A stretch of DNA of 64,000 nucleotides, taken from contig CAVVDF010000002.1 in assembly GCA_963746995.1 (NCBI GenBank), forward strand, positions 9,366 to 73,365, read 5' to 3'. Within the stretch, counting starts at the first letter, position 1. Each line of letters begins with the position of its first letter. This document shows positions 21,335 to 33,312 of this stretch, piece after piece. Source of the DNA: an uncultured Actinomycetes bacterium. Lineage in GTDB: Bacteria > Actinomycetota > UBA4738 > HRBIN12. The position numbers and the translations under genes were made by a program. The notes below the pieces were generated by a model that saw only the letters and a program-made list of their open reading frames with translations, did not search any database and was not told the origin of the DNA.

Positions 21335-22644
21335 GCGTGACCGACTCGACGCTCACCTACGACGGCCTGGCGGCGCACAGCCGTCCGAAGCTCGATCACC
21401 GACGTCCCCGGGCCCCGAGGCGATGGCCCGGATCGAGCGCGACCGCAGGGTCACCTCGCCCTCGCTGCCGCGCGCCTACCCGTTCGTTCCCAAGCGCGGC
21501 GCCGGGCTCGATCGTCGAGGACGTCGACGGCAACATCTTCCTCGACATCAACGCCGGGATCGCGGTCACGTCGACCGGGCATTGTCATCCGAAGGTGGTC
21601 GAGGCGATCCAGCGCCAGTCCACGGAGCTGCTGCACTACTCGGCCTCGGACTTCTATCTGCCCGTCTACTCCGACGTGTGCGAGCGGCTGGACGCGGTGG
21701 CGCCGTTCGGCGGGCTCCCGCGCGCGGTCGTTCCTGTCGAACTCGGGGACCGAGGCGGTGGAGGCGGCGATCAAGCTTGCGCGCTATGCGACGGGCCGGC
21801 AGTACCTGATCGGCTTCTACCAGTCGTTCCACGGACGCTCGATGGGCTCGGTCACGCTCACCGCCTCAAGGCGAAGTACCGCACGAACTTCGGCCCGATG
21901 CTGCCGAGCGTCTACCACTCGTTCTACGGCGACTTCGACTACCTCGAGGAGGTGTTGTTCAAGCGGATCGTCTCGCCGACCGAGGTCGCGGCGATCGTGG
22001 TCGAGTCCTGGCTCGGCGAGGGTGGCTACGTGCTGCCCCCCGAGGGCTGGTTCCGCTATCTGCGCGAGCTCTGCGACCGCCACGGGATCCTGCTCGTGTG
22101 CGACGAGGTGCAGTCGGGCGTCGGGCGGAGCGGCACGATGTGGGCGATCGAGCAGGAGGGCGTCGCGCCGGACGTCATCACGTCGGGCAAGGGCATCGCG
22201 AGCGGGCTGCCGCTCGGCGCGATGATCGCGCGCGACGACCTGATGATGTGGAAGCTCGGCGCGCACGGCTCGACCTACGGCGGCTCGCCGATCTCGTGCG
22301 CCGCGGCGCTCGCCACGTTCGACGTGATCGAGCACGAAGGGCTGATCGACGAACGCGACGGCGGTCGGCGAGGTGCTGCTCGCGGGGCTCCGCGACATCG
22401 CCGCCGCGGCACCCGATCATCACCGACGTGCGCGGCCGGGCGCTGTGGATCGGGCTGTCGGTCGCGGACCACGACATCGCGGCGGCGATCGAGCAGGCCG
22501 TCGTTCCGGCGGGGGCTGCTGATCCTCGGCTGCGGCGACGCCGACATCCGGATCAGCCCGCCGCTGGTGTTCCGCGAGGACCAGGCGCAGGCCGCGCTCG
22601 AGATCTTCGAGGAGGTCGTCGCCGAGGTCGAAGCGAGGGCGTAG
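21331..22644 (+). CDS. Class III PLP aminotransferase (GABA/ornithine-type)
   Basis: [45 protein letters not shown]. Confidence 0.9.
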   Translation: MSVTDSTLTYDGLAAHSRPKLDHRRPRAPRRWPGSSATAGSPRPRCRAPTRSFPSAAPGSIVEDVDGNIFLDINAGIAVTSTGHCHPKVVEAIQRQSTELLHYSASDFYLPVYSDVCERLDAVAPFGGLPRAVVPVELGDRGGGGGDQACALCDGPAVPDRLLPVVPRTLDGLGHAHRLKAKYRTNFGPMLPSVYHSFYGDFDYLEEVLFKRIVSPTEVAAIVVESWLGEGGYVLPPEGWFRYLRELCDRHGILLVCDEVQSGVGRSGTMWAIEQEGVAPDVITSGKGIASGLPLGAMIARDDLMMWKLGAHGSTYGGSPISCAAALATFDVIEHEGLIDERDGGRRGAARGAPRHRRRGTRSSPTCAAGRCGSGCRSRTTTSRRRSSRPSFRRGLLILGCGDADIRISPPLVFREDQAQAALEIFEEVVAEVEARA

Positions 22645-23045
22645 GTGGGCCTGGCGCCCGACACACTGACGTTCGACTGCGCGGATCCGGTGCGCGTGGC
22701 CACGTTCTGGGCGGCCGCGCTCGGATTCGGAGCTCGACACGCCGACTCGCCGAGCAGGCGCGTACATCGCGGACCCGACCGGAGATCGCCCGCGGCATGT
22801 TCTTCCAGACGGTGCCCGAGCCGAAGGTCGGCCAAGAACCGCATGCACCTCGACGTGCGCCCGACCGGCACGATGGCAGGAGGAGGTGGACCGGCTGTCA
22901 GGGGCTCGGTGCGAGCGTGCGCGGGTTCATCGAGAAACCGGCGAGCATCGTCGAGGCGGTCCACGTTCTGGACCCAGATGCGCGACCCGAGGGCAACGAG
23001 TTCTGCGTGCTGCGCGGGCCGGAGGACGGCTGGACGACCGGATGA
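22645..23045 (+). CDS. VOC/glyoxalase-like protein
   Basis: TFDCADP...FWAAALG, FQTVPEPK..KNRMHLD, DPEGNEFC. Confidence 0.85.
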
Positions 23046-23967
23046 GCTCTAGCAGGTCGCCAGTCGATGCAGGACGCCGTGCGCGAGCTCGTCCGCGACG
23101 GCGACACGGTCGCGATCGAGGGGTTCACGCACCTGATCAACTTCGCGGCGGGCCACGAGATCATCCGGCAGCGCCGGCGCGACCTGACGCTCGCCCGGAT
23201 GACGCCCGACGTGATCTACGACCAGATGATCGGCGCCGGGGTCGCGCGCAAGCTGATCTTCAGCTGGATGGGCAACCCCGGCGTCGGGAACCTCCACGCC
23301 GTGCGACGCCGGATCGAGCACGCCGACCCCGCGCCGCTCGAGATCGAGGAGTACTCGCACTTCGGGATGGTGTCGCGCTACATGGCCGGCGCGGCGAACC
23401 TGCCGTTCTTCCCGATCCGCAGCTACTACGAGTCGGACATCCCGGTGGTGAACCCGAAGATCGTGCCGATGCGCTCGCCGTACGAGGACGACGACCGAGG
23501 TCTACGTGGTGCCGGCGCTGCAGCCCGACGTCGCGATCGTGGCGGCGCAGCGCGCCGACGCCGACGGCGACACGCAGATCTGGGGGCTGCTCGGCTGCCA
23601 GAAGGAGGTCGCGTTCGCGGCGACGCGCGTGATCGTCGTGGTCGAGGAGATCGTGGAGGAATCGGTGATCCGGCGGGACCCGAACCGCACCGTGATCCCC
23701 GGGCGCGATCGTCGACGCCGTCGTCGAGGAACCGTTCGGCTGCCATCCGAGCTTCGCGCAGGGCTACTACGACCGCGACAACCGCTTCTACCTGGAGTGG
23801 GACGCGATCGCGAAGGAGCAGGCCACCTCGAGGCCTGGCTCGACGAGTGGGTGTACGGCACCGCCAACCACGCCGAGTACGTCGAGAAGTTCGGCGACGC
23901 CTACTGGGACGCCCTGCGGCCGCAGCAGGCGCTCTCGGGCGAGGTCGACTACGGGAGGTACGCGTGA
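23042..23967 (+). CDS. CoA-transferase subunit A (glutaconate CoA-transferase-like)
   Basis: DGDTVAIEGFTHLI, RMTPDVIYDQMIGAG, SWMGNPGVG, QRADADG, PSFAQGYYDRD. Confidence 0.88.
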
Positions 23968-24754
23968 GCGCCCGAGATGGCCGCCGAGCTGGGCTACTCG
24001 AAGAGCGAGATCATGATCGCCGCGAGCGCGCGCTTGCTCGGGCGGCGCGCACAACTGCTTCGTCGGCGTCGGGCTGCCGAACATCGTGTGCAACCTCGCC
24101 CAGCGCACGGTCGCGCCCGAGCTGCAGCTCATCTACGAGTCCGGCGTCTACGGTGCCCGTCCCGAGCGGCTGCCGCTGTCGATCGGCGATCCCACGCTCG
24201 CGACGGGCGCCACCGTCGATCGTGTCGATGTACGAGCTGTTCGCGTACTACCTGCAGCGGGGTCACGTCGACGTCGCGTTCCTCGGCGGCGCGCAGATCG
24301 ACCGCTTCGGCAACCTGAACACCACCGTGATCGGCGACTACGCGCACCCGAAGGTCCGGCTGCCCGGCTCGGGCGGCGCATGCGAGATCGCGATCCACGC
24401 GAAGCAGGTGCTCGTGATCATGCGCCAGGCGCAGCGCTCGTTCGTCGAGAAGCTGGACTTCCGCACCTCGCCGGGGCACAGCGGCGACCCTGCGCACGAC
24501 GCCGCGCGTGGCTGGTCGGGCAGCGGCCCGACCAACGTCGTCACCGATCTCGGCACCTACGACGTTCGACGAAGCGACCGGCGAGATGACGCTCGGTCAC
24601 GCTGCACCCTGGCGTCAGACTCGAGGACGTGCGCGCGAACATGGGCTGGGAGGTGCGGGTCGCTGACGAACTCGGCGAGACGCCGGCGCCGACCGCCGCC
24701 GAGCTCGCGCTGATCCGCGACGAGCTCGACCCGGGAGGGATCTACACGAAATGA
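23964..24754 (+). CDS. CoA-transferase subunit B
   Basis: FVGVGLP, LIYESG, FLGGAQIDRFGNLNTT, RLPGSGGA, VVTDLG. Confidence 0.88.
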
Positions 24755-24914
24755 ACGACCGACTCGAGCGACGACGCCGGCGCGCCCACCGAGCCGGAGC
24801 TGCCCGAAGAGGACTGGGCAGCCGAGATCAAGCGACTGCGCGCGGCCCGCGGCGAAACGCTGGCCGGCCCGTCTCGCGGATGAGGCCGAGAAGGAGCCTC
24901 CGGTCGAGCCATGA
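24751..24914 (+). CDS. Small acidic hypothetical protein
   Basis: ATGA overlaps at both ends; one frame reads ..PELPEEDWAAEIKRLRAARGE..; contains indels. Confidence 0.45.
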
Positions 24915-26220
24915 GTCACGTCTTCTCGAGGGTGCAGCGAGCCTTGCCGACGGCGGTCTCGGCCGAGGGCGCGTGGATCACCGATGCCGACGGCAAGCGG
25001 TACCTGGACGGCGCCGGCGGCGCGATCGTGGTCGGGGTCGGCCACGGCGACCGCGTCCTGATCGACGCCGCCACCGCGCAGCTCGCCAAGACCCAATACA
25101 CGCACGGGACGATGTTCACGACCGAGGCGGTCGAGACGTACGCCGACGAACTCGCGCCGCTGCTGCCGATGCCCGATGCGCCGGATCTACCCAGTGAGCG
25201 GTGGGTCCGAGGCGGTCGAGACCGCGATCAAGCTGGCGCGCGCCTACCACCTGGCGGTCGGGCAGGCCGGCCGGCAGACGGTGATCGCGCGACGATCCTC
25301 GTACCACGGCAACACGCTCGGCGCGCTCGACCTCTCGGGGAAGGAGTCGCTGCGCAAGCCGTACACGCCGTGGCTCGGGCGGTTCCTGCACGCGCCGCGC
25401 GCCTACGAGTACCGCTGTGAGAACCCGTCGCATCCGGACGGCTGTGGCGACTGGCACGCCGCCGAGCTCACGCGGATGATCGAATCCTACGGTCCCGACA
25501 CGATCGCGGCGTTCGTCGCCGAGCCGATCGCGGGAGCCACGCTCGCTGCGGCCGTGCCGTGCGAGGACTACTGGCCGAAGATCGTCGAGGTCTGTCGCCG
25601 CTACGGCGTGCTCGTGATCGCCGACGAGGTCATGACCGGCTTCGGTCGCACGGGCCGCTGGTTCGGCGTCGATCACTGGGACGTGCAGCCCGACATCATC
25701 ACCGCAGGGAAAGGAACGACGAGCGGCTACGTGCCGTTCGGGTTCGCGGCGTGCAGCGGCGAGATCTACGAGGTCGTCGCGCCGAAGGGGTTCGTGCACG
25801 GGTTCACGTGGTCGCACAACGCGCTCGGCGCCGCGGTGGCGCTCGCGACGCTTCGTCGGCTGCGCGACGACGGCCTGCTCGACCGTTCGCGCGACCTCGG
25901 CGCGAAGCTGCAGGGCGATCTTGGCGCGGCGCTCGCCGACGTCCCGGCCGTCGGCGACGTCCGTGGCGTCGGCATGATGATCGGCATCGAGCTGGTCGCC
26001 GACCGGGAGACGAGGGAGCCCTTCGCGCGGCAGGCGCAGATGACGGAGTCGGTGGTGACGGCCGCGCGCGAGAACGGGCTCCTGCTGTACTCCTCGACCG
26101 GACACGTCGACGGCACGAACGGCGACCTGCTGATGCTCGGCCCGCCGTTCGTCCTGACCGACGACGACGCTGCGACTGCTCGTGGAACGCACCGCCGATG
26201 CGATCCGCGCGGCGACGTGA
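24911..26220 (+). CDS. Class III PLP aminotransferase
   Basis: DGKRYLDGAGG, SGGSEAVETAIK, SYHGNT, ADEVMTGFGRTG, AGKG. Confidence 0.9.
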
Positions 26221-27353
26221 GCGACCGGGTCGGCCTCGTCCTCGCGCCCGACGCGCGGATCTACGACCACGGTCCCGAGCATCCGCTCCGGCCCGACCGG
26301 GTGTTGCTGACCTGGGATCTGATCGCGGCGACCGGGCTCGATCGTGCCCACGGGCGTCCAGATCCTCGGGGCCGACCCGGCGAGCATGCAGGACCTCGAG
26401 CGCGTGCACACCCGGCCCTTCATCGAGGCAACCACCGCCGCCGGTCACGGCGACATCGGGGACTGGAGCCGGTTCGGCTACGGTCCCGGTGACAACCCGA
26501 TCTTCCACGACATGCACGAGGCAGGCGCGATCGTCGCGGGCGCTTCGATCGCTGCCGCGCGGCTCCGTGTGGACGGGCGAGACGGAGCACGCCTTCAACG
26601 CGGCGGGTGGACTCGCACCACGCGATGCCCGCGCGGGCGAGTGGTTTCTGCGTCTACGACGATCCGGCGGTCGCGATCGCGTGGCTGCTCGCCAACGGCG
26701 CCGAGCGCGTTGCCTACGTCGATGTCGACGTGCACCACGGCGACGGCGTGCAGTCGATCTTCTGGGACGACCCGCGCGTGTTGACGATCTCGATCCACGA
26801 ATACGAGCCGCCCTGGTTCTTCCCCGGGACGGGGGCGACGCACGAGCGAGGTGGTTCGAGCGCCCCGGGCACGGCGATCAACATCCCGCTGCCACCCGGC
26901 ACCGGCGACGAGGCATGGCTCGATGCGTTGACGGCGATCGTCCCTCGGGCGGTCGCCGATTTCGATCCGGACGTGCTCGTGACACAGCTGGGATGCGACA
27001 CCCATCACACCGATCCGCTCGCGCAGCTCCGTTTGACGACCGCCGCGTACCGCGAGGCTGCGACGACGCTGCACCTGCTGGCACACGACGTCGCGAACGG
27101 CCGATGGGTCGCGACCGGCGGCGGGGGCTACCGGTGGGCGCACGTCGTGCCGCGGGCCTGGACCCTGTACTTCGCAGAGATGGCGGGCGTGACGTGTGCG
27201 GACCAGCTCCCCGATGCCTGGGTCACCGAGGCGTCGCGACGGGCCGGCGAGCCGGTCCCGACGACGTTCTCCGAGCCGCCCCTCGACGGTCTGGCTGCCG
27301 ACGACGATGCCGCTCGGGTGACCGCCGCTGTGGCCGACATACTGTGGCGCTGA
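26217..27353 (+). CDS. acuC: AcuC/histone-deacetylase-family amidohydrolase
   Basis: HPLRP.R, HHA, ASGFCVYDD, YVDVDVHHGDG, FFPGTG, QLGCDTH..DPL, GGGGY. Confidence 0.88.
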
Positions 27354-28766
27354 TGGCCCGTACGAAGCTCGTCTGCACGCTCGGCCCAGCGAGCGCGACC
27401 CCGAAGATGGTCCGAGGGCTCGTGCGAGCGGGTGGGTCGGTGTTCCGGTTGAATTTCTCGCACGGCGCGCCGGAGGATCACGAGCGGATGGTCGCGATCG
27501 TGCGAGAGGTCGAAGCCGACGCGGGCGTGCCGCTCGCGGTGCTTGTGGACCTGCCCGGGCCGAAGGTGCGGCTCGGAGGGGTCGACCCCGACCCGTGCAC
27601 GATCCGGCCGGGCCAGCGGTTCGAGTTGCGGCCCGAAGGGGGCGCTGACGCGCGCGGCACGTCCACCACGTATCCGGGGCTCGCGAGAGATCTCGATCGT
27701 CGGTGACCGGGTGCTGCTCGCCGACGGGTCGGTCGAGCTGACCGTCACGGCGATCGAAGGCGATCTCGTCGAGACGCGCTGCGTGGCGGGCGGTGTCGTT
27801 CGCAGCGGGCAGGGCGTGAACGTCCCCGCCGAGCGTCTGGGGCTGCCTGCCGTGACCGATCGGGATCGCGACGGGCTCGCGCGCGCCCTGGCGCTCGAGG
27901 CCGACTTCGTCGCGCAGTCCTTCGTGCGCGAGCCGCAGGACGTGCGCGATCTGCGCGCCGCGATGGGTGATCGATCCGTGCCGATCGTGGCCAAGATCGA
28001 GACACGCCCGGCCGTGCAGAACGTCGATGGCATCCTCGCGGAAGCGGACGCCCTGATGATCGCCCGTGGTGATCTCGGCGTGGAGCTCCCGATGGAGGAG
28101 ATCCCCCTCATCCAGAAGGAGCTCGTTCGCGCGGCGCGAGCTGCCGGCCGGCCGTCGATCGTCGCGACCCAGATGCTCGAGTCGATGATCCACGCTTCGC
28201 GACCGACACGGGCAGAGGCGACGGACGTCGCGAACGCCGTGCTCGACGGTGCCGACGCAGTGATGCTGTCCGGCGAGACGGCCGTCGGCGAATACCCGTT
28301 CGAGGCGGCCGCCGCCGCGACGAGGATCGCACGGCACGTCGAGACGGCGGGGACGGCCTTCCGCGCGCCCGACGTCGCGAGCCGCCACGCGAGCGAGGGC
28401 GCCGCGGTCGCACATGCCGCCGCGATGATCCCGATGGACGACCTCGGCGTCATCGCCATCACGTGCTACACAGAGACTGGGCGCACGGCTCACCTGCTGT
28501 CGGCCGAACGCCCGGCCGTTCCCGTGTACGCGTTCATCCCGACGGCCGACGTCCAGCGGACCACGTGTCTGCTGTGGGGCGTGCAGGCCCTGCCCGCGGC
28601 GCCACCTGCCGACACCGACGGCATGATCGCCTTGATGGACGAAGGGTTGCGGGAGCGCGGGCTCGCACAGGCGGGCGACGTGGTGGTCATGGCCGCCGCC
28701 TCGCCAGCCGGCAAGACCACGACGAACATGGTGAAGATCCACCAGGTGGGGACGCCGATCCGTTAG
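27353..28766 (+). CDS. pyk: Pyruvate kinase
   Basis: RTKLVCTLGP, RLNFSHG, DLPGPK, AKIE, ARGDLGVE, ATQMLESM, DAVMLSGET. Confidence 0.96.
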
Positions 28767-29242
28767 TGGGGGTCGGCGGCGAGCGACAGCATCTCGACCA
28801 GCTCCGTCAGCGCCGTGTACATCACGGCCGCCTGTTCGGTGAGCGGATCGCGGAACAACTCCTCGAAGTCGGTATCTTCCGCGACGTCCAGCCGAGTGCC
28901 GAGGACGAGCCGGATGTCGTTCAAGCAGCGCATCCACGCGAGCGTTTCTTCGGGGTTGAGGTGTGTCGCGTGGGCGGTCGCGCGCACCATGCCCGCGGAC
29001 TCGCGCTTGCCGGCGCGCAGGGCCTCGCCCATCAGTTGCTCGAACCCGAGCGCCTCGAGGGGGTCGTCCACCGACGCAGGCGGGAAGAGCCTCGCGAGCC
29101 CAGGGCTGTCTGCCGACGCAGGGTCGTCGATCAGGTCGGTCAACTGCATCGCGAGCGAGGCGAGCAGATCGCGCAGGGCGGCGTCCAGCTGCAGGTCGAC
29201 ACCCCCGTCGCTCGCCGAGCTGATCCTCGTGCGCATCCTCAC
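28763..29242 (-). CDS. DUF2017-family protein
   Basis: LARLFP.A..DD and [18 protein letters not shown]; directly downstream of clpS, as in Actinobacteria. Confidence 0.8.
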   Translation of the reverse strand: MRMRTRISSASDGGVDLQLDAALRDLLASLAMQLTDLIDDPASADSPGLARLFPPASVDDPLEALGFEQLMGEALRAGKRESAGMVRATAHATHLNPEETLAWMRCLNDIRLVLGTRLDVAEDTDFEELFRDPLTEQAAVMYTALTELVEMLSLAADPH

Positions 29243-29529
29243 CGATCCCGTTGGTACGTTGCCCACAGACCGTAGCTGTGCAGGGCCGCCACGTGAGCCT
29301 CGCACCGCTCACGAGGACCGTTCGCGACGACCGCCTTGCCCTTCGTATGCACGTCCATCATGAGTTTCTCGGCCTTCGCTCGCGGATAGCCGAACAGCTT
29401 CTGGAACACCCACGTCACGTACGACATCAGGTTGATCGGGTCGTTCCAGACGATCACGATCCACGGCACATCGGGCTCGACCTCGTCGCGGACGTCGGGC
29501 TCCTCGAGGATCGACGGGGCGCTGCTCAC
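29239..29529 (-). CDS. clpS: Clp protease adaptor ClpS
   Basis: [25 protein letters not shown]...[12 protein letters not shown]...LHSYGLWAT. Confidence 0.93.
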   Translation of the reverse strand: MSSAPSILEEPDVRDEVEPDVPWIVIVWNDPINLMSYVTWVFQKLFGYPRAKAEKLMMDVHTKGKAVVANGPRERCEAHVAALHSYGLWATYQRDR

Positions 29530-30316
29530 GGCTTGGCCTTCGTGGCGGGGGCCGCCCGACGCACCTGGCGCATGCCCCACCGGTACAGCGACGGCGTCAG
29601 TACGCGGAACGCTTGGAACGGTGCGATCCACCTCGGCACCGAATACTCGGGCGCGATGTCCTCCACAACGACGTGGACGATGGCCTCCGCCACACGCTCG
29701 GGCGCCATCACGAGCTTCCGCGGGATGCCCTTCTGCGGGAACCCCTCCGTCGCGACGAGTCCGGGGTTCACCGCCGTCACATGCACCCCCACAGGGGATG
29801 TGTCGTAGTCGAGTGATTCGCTGAACGCGACCACCGCGTGTTTCGTCGCCGTATAGATGGCCGTGCCCGGCGCCGCGAACCGGCCGGCGAGGGACGCCAC
29901 GTTCACGATGTGCCCCCGCTCCCGCCGGAGCATCCCCGGCAGGAACGCCCGCGTGACGTGGAGCACCGCCCGCATGTTCACGTCGACCACCGCGTCGATC
30001 TGTGCGTGCGAGAGCTCGACGAAGTCGCCGCCGCCCGGAACGCCGGCGTTGTTGACCAAGACGTCTGCGGGCCGGCCGGTCAGTTCCTTGACGATGCCGG
30101 GCAACTTCTTCACCGCGCGGGTGTCGGTCACGTCGCAGGTCCAGGCGAGCGCTCTGCCGCCGCCCGCCCGATCCGGTCGGCGAGGGCCTCGAGCCGGTCG
30201 CCCCGGCGGGCGACGAGGACGACGCGTGCACCCCGCTGTGCGAACGCCACCGCGGTCGCCTCGCCGATGCCTGAGGAGGCACCGGTCACCACGACCACCG
30301 TGTCGCGCAGGTCCAC
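29526..30316 (-). CDS. Short-chain dehydrogenase/reductase
   Basis: [28 protein letters not shown]. Confidence 0.88.
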
Positions 30317-30348
30317 CGCCGTCTCCTCGCTCGTAAGCTGACGCTCGT

Positions 30349-31185
30349 ATGACTTCCGACGTTATCGAAGCGCACGTGCGTCGTCTGCCTCGCCTGGATC
30401 GTCGCTCGTGGCGTCCCCGCGCCGTGCCGGTCGCCGAGCTCGAGCAGGCGCTCCTGGCTGGCCTCGTGGCCGGGTGGGCGACCCACCCCCTGGACAACGT
30501 CCGCGGGAACGCCCAGTCGCTGTTGGATCACGACCCGGACAAGGAGTTCGGACTGACCGGGCTGCAGAAGGACCTGACGCTCGACGAGATCTTGGATCTG
30601 GTCGCCCGCGCCGCCGGTGCGCCCATCGATCGCGAAGCGAGGACCGGTCCGGTCGAGATCCGGGCCGAGGCCATCCTCGAGGCGTGCGGGTCGGCGGGCG
30701 ATCGGCTTCGGCAGGCGTGCGCGCGAGGGCAGCGAGTCGTGGTCGCCACCGGTCACCCGGTCGGGTTGGCGTACCTCTACCACGAGCTGTCGTCCTGGCT
30801 ATCGGCTCGTGGCGCCGACGTGCGGACGCCCGCCAGCGGCGAGCGGTGGCGTGAGGGCAAGCTCAACCACGATTGGCAGGTCGTCTATTGGGGGGGCGTC
30901 GCGATGCTCACCGACACACGCGAGCCCCGACACACGCACTGGCCCGACGCGATGGAGCGTATCCTCGAGGCCGAGCCACCCGACCTCGTGATCGCCGACC
31001 ACGGTTTCGCGGGCGCGGCGATCGAGTGGGGCGTCGAAACCATCTCGGTCGCCGATGTGAACGATCCGGCGCTGCTGGTCGCGAAGGCCCAAGGGCGGAC
31101 CGAGCACGTGCTTTGTTTCGACGACCATGTCGACCCGAACGCCTACTGGCCGGTGTTCCTGGCGCTCACCTTCGGCGCCTCCTGA
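30349..31185 (+). CDS. Actinobacterial 'phosphatase' family protein (uncharacterised)
   Basis: Intact 278 aa; ATGHP, HTH, PDLVIADHGFAGAA, ADVNDPAL, DD motifs. Typical neighbour of the excisionase-like HTH gene. Confidence 0.7.
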   Translation: MTSDVIEAHVRRLPRLDRRSWRPRAVPVAELEQALLAGLVAGWATHPLDNVRGNAQSLLDHDPDKEFGLTGLQKDLTLDEILDLVARAAGAPIDREARTGPVEIRAEAILEACGSAGDRLRQACARGQRVVVATGHPVGLAYLYHELSSWLSARGADVRTPASGERWREGKLNHDWQVVYWGGVAMLTDTREPRHTHWPDAMERILEAEPPDLVIADHGFAGAAIEWGVETISVADVNDPALLVAKAQGRTEHVLCFDDHVDPNAYWPVFLALTFGAS

Positions 31186-31257
31186 TGTCCTGACCTGCGC
31201 GGTTCCTTCTGGGGCTAGACGCCGTCACACAGGAACGCCTACCATCGCGCCACAACT

Positions 31258-31452
31258 ATGAGCACGCGATTCACCCAAGCCCGGCTGTTGACCGTGAACG
31301 AGGTCGCTGACCTCCTGCGCGTATCGAGGATGACCGTTTATCGGCTGATCAAGGAGGGCCAGATCAAGGCCCTGCGGGTCGGCCGCAGCTATCGACTCCG
31401 TGAGGACGACGTCGACGAGTACCTGAGCGCCCGGTACACCGAAGCGATCTAA
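31258..31452 (+). CDS. Excisionase-family/BldC-like HTH DNA-binding protein (Rv0500A-like)
   Basis: LLTVNEVADLLRVSRMTVYRLI...RVGRSYR; candidate promoter TAGACG-18-TACCAT at 31216-31245. Confidence 0.9.
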   Translation: MSTRFTQARLLTVNEVADLLRVSRMTVYRLIKEGQIKALRVGRSYRLREDDVDEYLSARYTEAI

Positions 31453-31490
31453 CTCACCCTTGCGCGCCACGCGATCCGGCGGGGCCTCCG

Positions 31491-32405
31491 GTGAACCTGG
31501 AGGACCTGTCCATGAACGAGCACGAACAGCTCGTCGACCGCGCCGCCCGTCATGCCCATACCGTGTTGTTCCTCGGGGGGATGGACGCCGGTAAGTCCAC
31601 GATCGCACGCGCGACCGCGGCCTTCGCGCTCCGGATCGGCCGCTCGGTCGCCTATATCGACGCCGACGTCGCCCAGAAGACGATCGGCCCGCCGACCACG
31701 GTCGGGATGAAACACATCCGGTCGGCCGACGACCTCACCCATGAAGCCCTGTCGAGCGCCGATGCCCTCGGGTTCGTCGGATCGACCTTCCCGCAGGACG
31801 ACCTGGTGTCGCTGATCGGCGCTCTCCAGCGCCTGCGTGACCGGGCCCGCACCGAGGGCGCCGACCTGCTGATCGTCGACACCGGGGGAGAGATCGCGGG
31901 CATCGGCGGCGAGCTCATCAAGTACTACATGGTCGACGTCCTCGAGCCCGACCTCGTGATCGGGCTGCATCGGGGCCAGGAGCTCGAGCCGATCTTCGGC
32001 ATCGTCGACCGGTTCTTCGGGATCGAGACGATGGGCGCTCCCGTGCACCCCGACGTCGTGCTGACGAGCGTCGAGGAGCGCATGACCGCCCATGAGAAGG
32101 CGATGGCCCGCTACTTCGAGGCGGGGGAGCAGTTGCGCTTCCGGATCAAGCCGACCGTGTTCGTGCCCACGCTACCGCCGCTGTACGACCTTGAGATGCT
32201 CGATCGCATGCTGGTCGGACTGTCCGACGGCAGAGGTGGGTTCATCGGGCTCGGCCTGATCGGGTACGTGCCCGAGGACAAAGGGCTGCGGCTCACTACG
32301 CCGGTGGCAGAGCCGCCCAAAGCCCTTAGACTGGGCTCCGTTCGTCTGGAGGACACCTACCGCACCAAGCGGGTGGATCTCCGGAGCCTCTTCGGAACCG
32401 AATGA
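31491..32405 (+). CDS. Clp1/Grc3-family polynucleotide 5'-hydroxyl kinase-like P-loop protein
   Basis: GGMDAGKST Walker A, YIDADVAQKTIGPPTTVG, FVGSTFP, IVDTGG..G, and a 'RYF' helix. Confidence 0.75.
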   Translation: MNLEDLSMNEHEQLVDRAARHAHTVLFLGGMDAGKSTIARATAAFALRIGRSVAYIDADVAQKTIGPPTTVGMKHIRSADDLTHEALSSADALGFVGSTFPQDDLVSLIGALQRLRDRARTEGADLLIVDTGGEIAGIGGELIKYYMVDVLEPDLVIGLHRGQELEPIFGIVDRFFGIETMGAPVHPDVVLTSVEERMTAHEKAMARYFEAGEQLRFRIKPTVFVPTLPPLYDLEMLDRMLVGLSDGRGGFIGLGLIGYVPEDKGLRLTTPVAEPPKALRLGSVRLEDTYRTKRVDLRSLFGTE

Positions 32406-32418
32406 AAGGCCAAACCGC

Positions 32419-32520
32419 GTGCCATCGTTAGTCAAGAAACGCCGGAAGAAGATGCGCAAGAAGAAGCACAAGAAGCTTCTGAAGCGCACCCGGCACCAGC
32501 GGATGAAGCTCGGTAAGTAG
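32419..32520 (+). CDS. 30S ribosomal protein bS22 (AURKAIP1/COX24 domain)
   Basis: GTG start, then PSLVKKRRKKMRKKKHKKLLKRTRHQRMKLGK* (33 aa; too short for the ORF track). Confidence 0.92.
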   Translation: MPSLVKKRRKKMRKKKHKKLLKRTRHQRMKLGK

Positions 32521-32530
32521 GGGCCCCGTC

Positions 32531-33294
32531 GTGGGCGCCCCTGCCCGAGTCATCCTTCTCCTGATCGCAACGCTGCTGTTGGCGCCAGCGTGCTCCGGCG
32601 CATCGTCGCCGAGCGTCGACGTCGCCGGTTCGACCCCGATCACGTTCACCACCGACGACGGTGTCGAGCTCGCCGGACGTCTCTTCGGACCCGAAGACGC
32701 CCGGGCGGGGGTCGTGCTCGCGCACATGCTTCCGGCCGACCAGCGCTCGTGGTACCCGTTCGCCGAGCGCCTCGCGTTGCAGGGGTACCGGGTCTTGACG
32801 TTCGACTTCCGCGGCTACTGCCCGGGTGGCGACGGCGGGTGCTCGAAGGCGACAAGCAGATCGACGCGGCGGCGGTCGGATCTGCGCGCGGCGGTCGGCC
32901 GCCTGCGTGATGAAGGCGTGCAGCAGGTCGGGATCGCTGGCGCGTCGATGGGCGGCACCGCGGCGCTGATGGTTGCCGCAGACGATCCCGGCATCGGCGC
33001 GATCGCGACGCTCTCCGCACCGACGGCGCTCTCGGGGCTCGCCGCGGGTCCCGACGTCCTGACCCGGATCGCGGGCCCAAGCTGTACATCGCCGGGCTGG
33101 GCGATCCGTCCGGCGCCGCCGGGGCCGCCGACACGCTCGCGTCGCAGAGCCCTCAGCCCGTCCGCGAGGAGATCGTGACGAGCGACGCCCACGGCACCGA
33201 CCTGCTGACGTCGCCCCAAGGTGAGCATGTGCAAGAGCTCATCGAGCGATGGTTCGCGCAGTGGCTGCGCGCGCCCGCGACGGCGGCAGGCTGA
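32531..33294 (+). CDS. Exported alpha/beta-hydrolase lipoprotein
   Basis: Lipobox LAPAC, FDFRG, GASMGG nucleophile elbow, C-terminal HGT. Confidence 0.8.
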
Positions 33295-33312
33295 GCCTTC
33301 GTTCGAGGCCGA

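Noticed and set aside
26595-29312. 905-aa minus-strand ORF and other long antisense ORFs (6885-7991, 40167-41879, 60629-62110, 62379-63761)
   Set aside because: Shadow ORFs opposite well-supported genes, expected from high-GC codon bias.
31258-31452. Excisionase as a sign of a prophage or ICE
   Set aside because: No integrase, att site or tRNA nearby; this is the conserved chromosomal Rv0500A/BldC-like gene.
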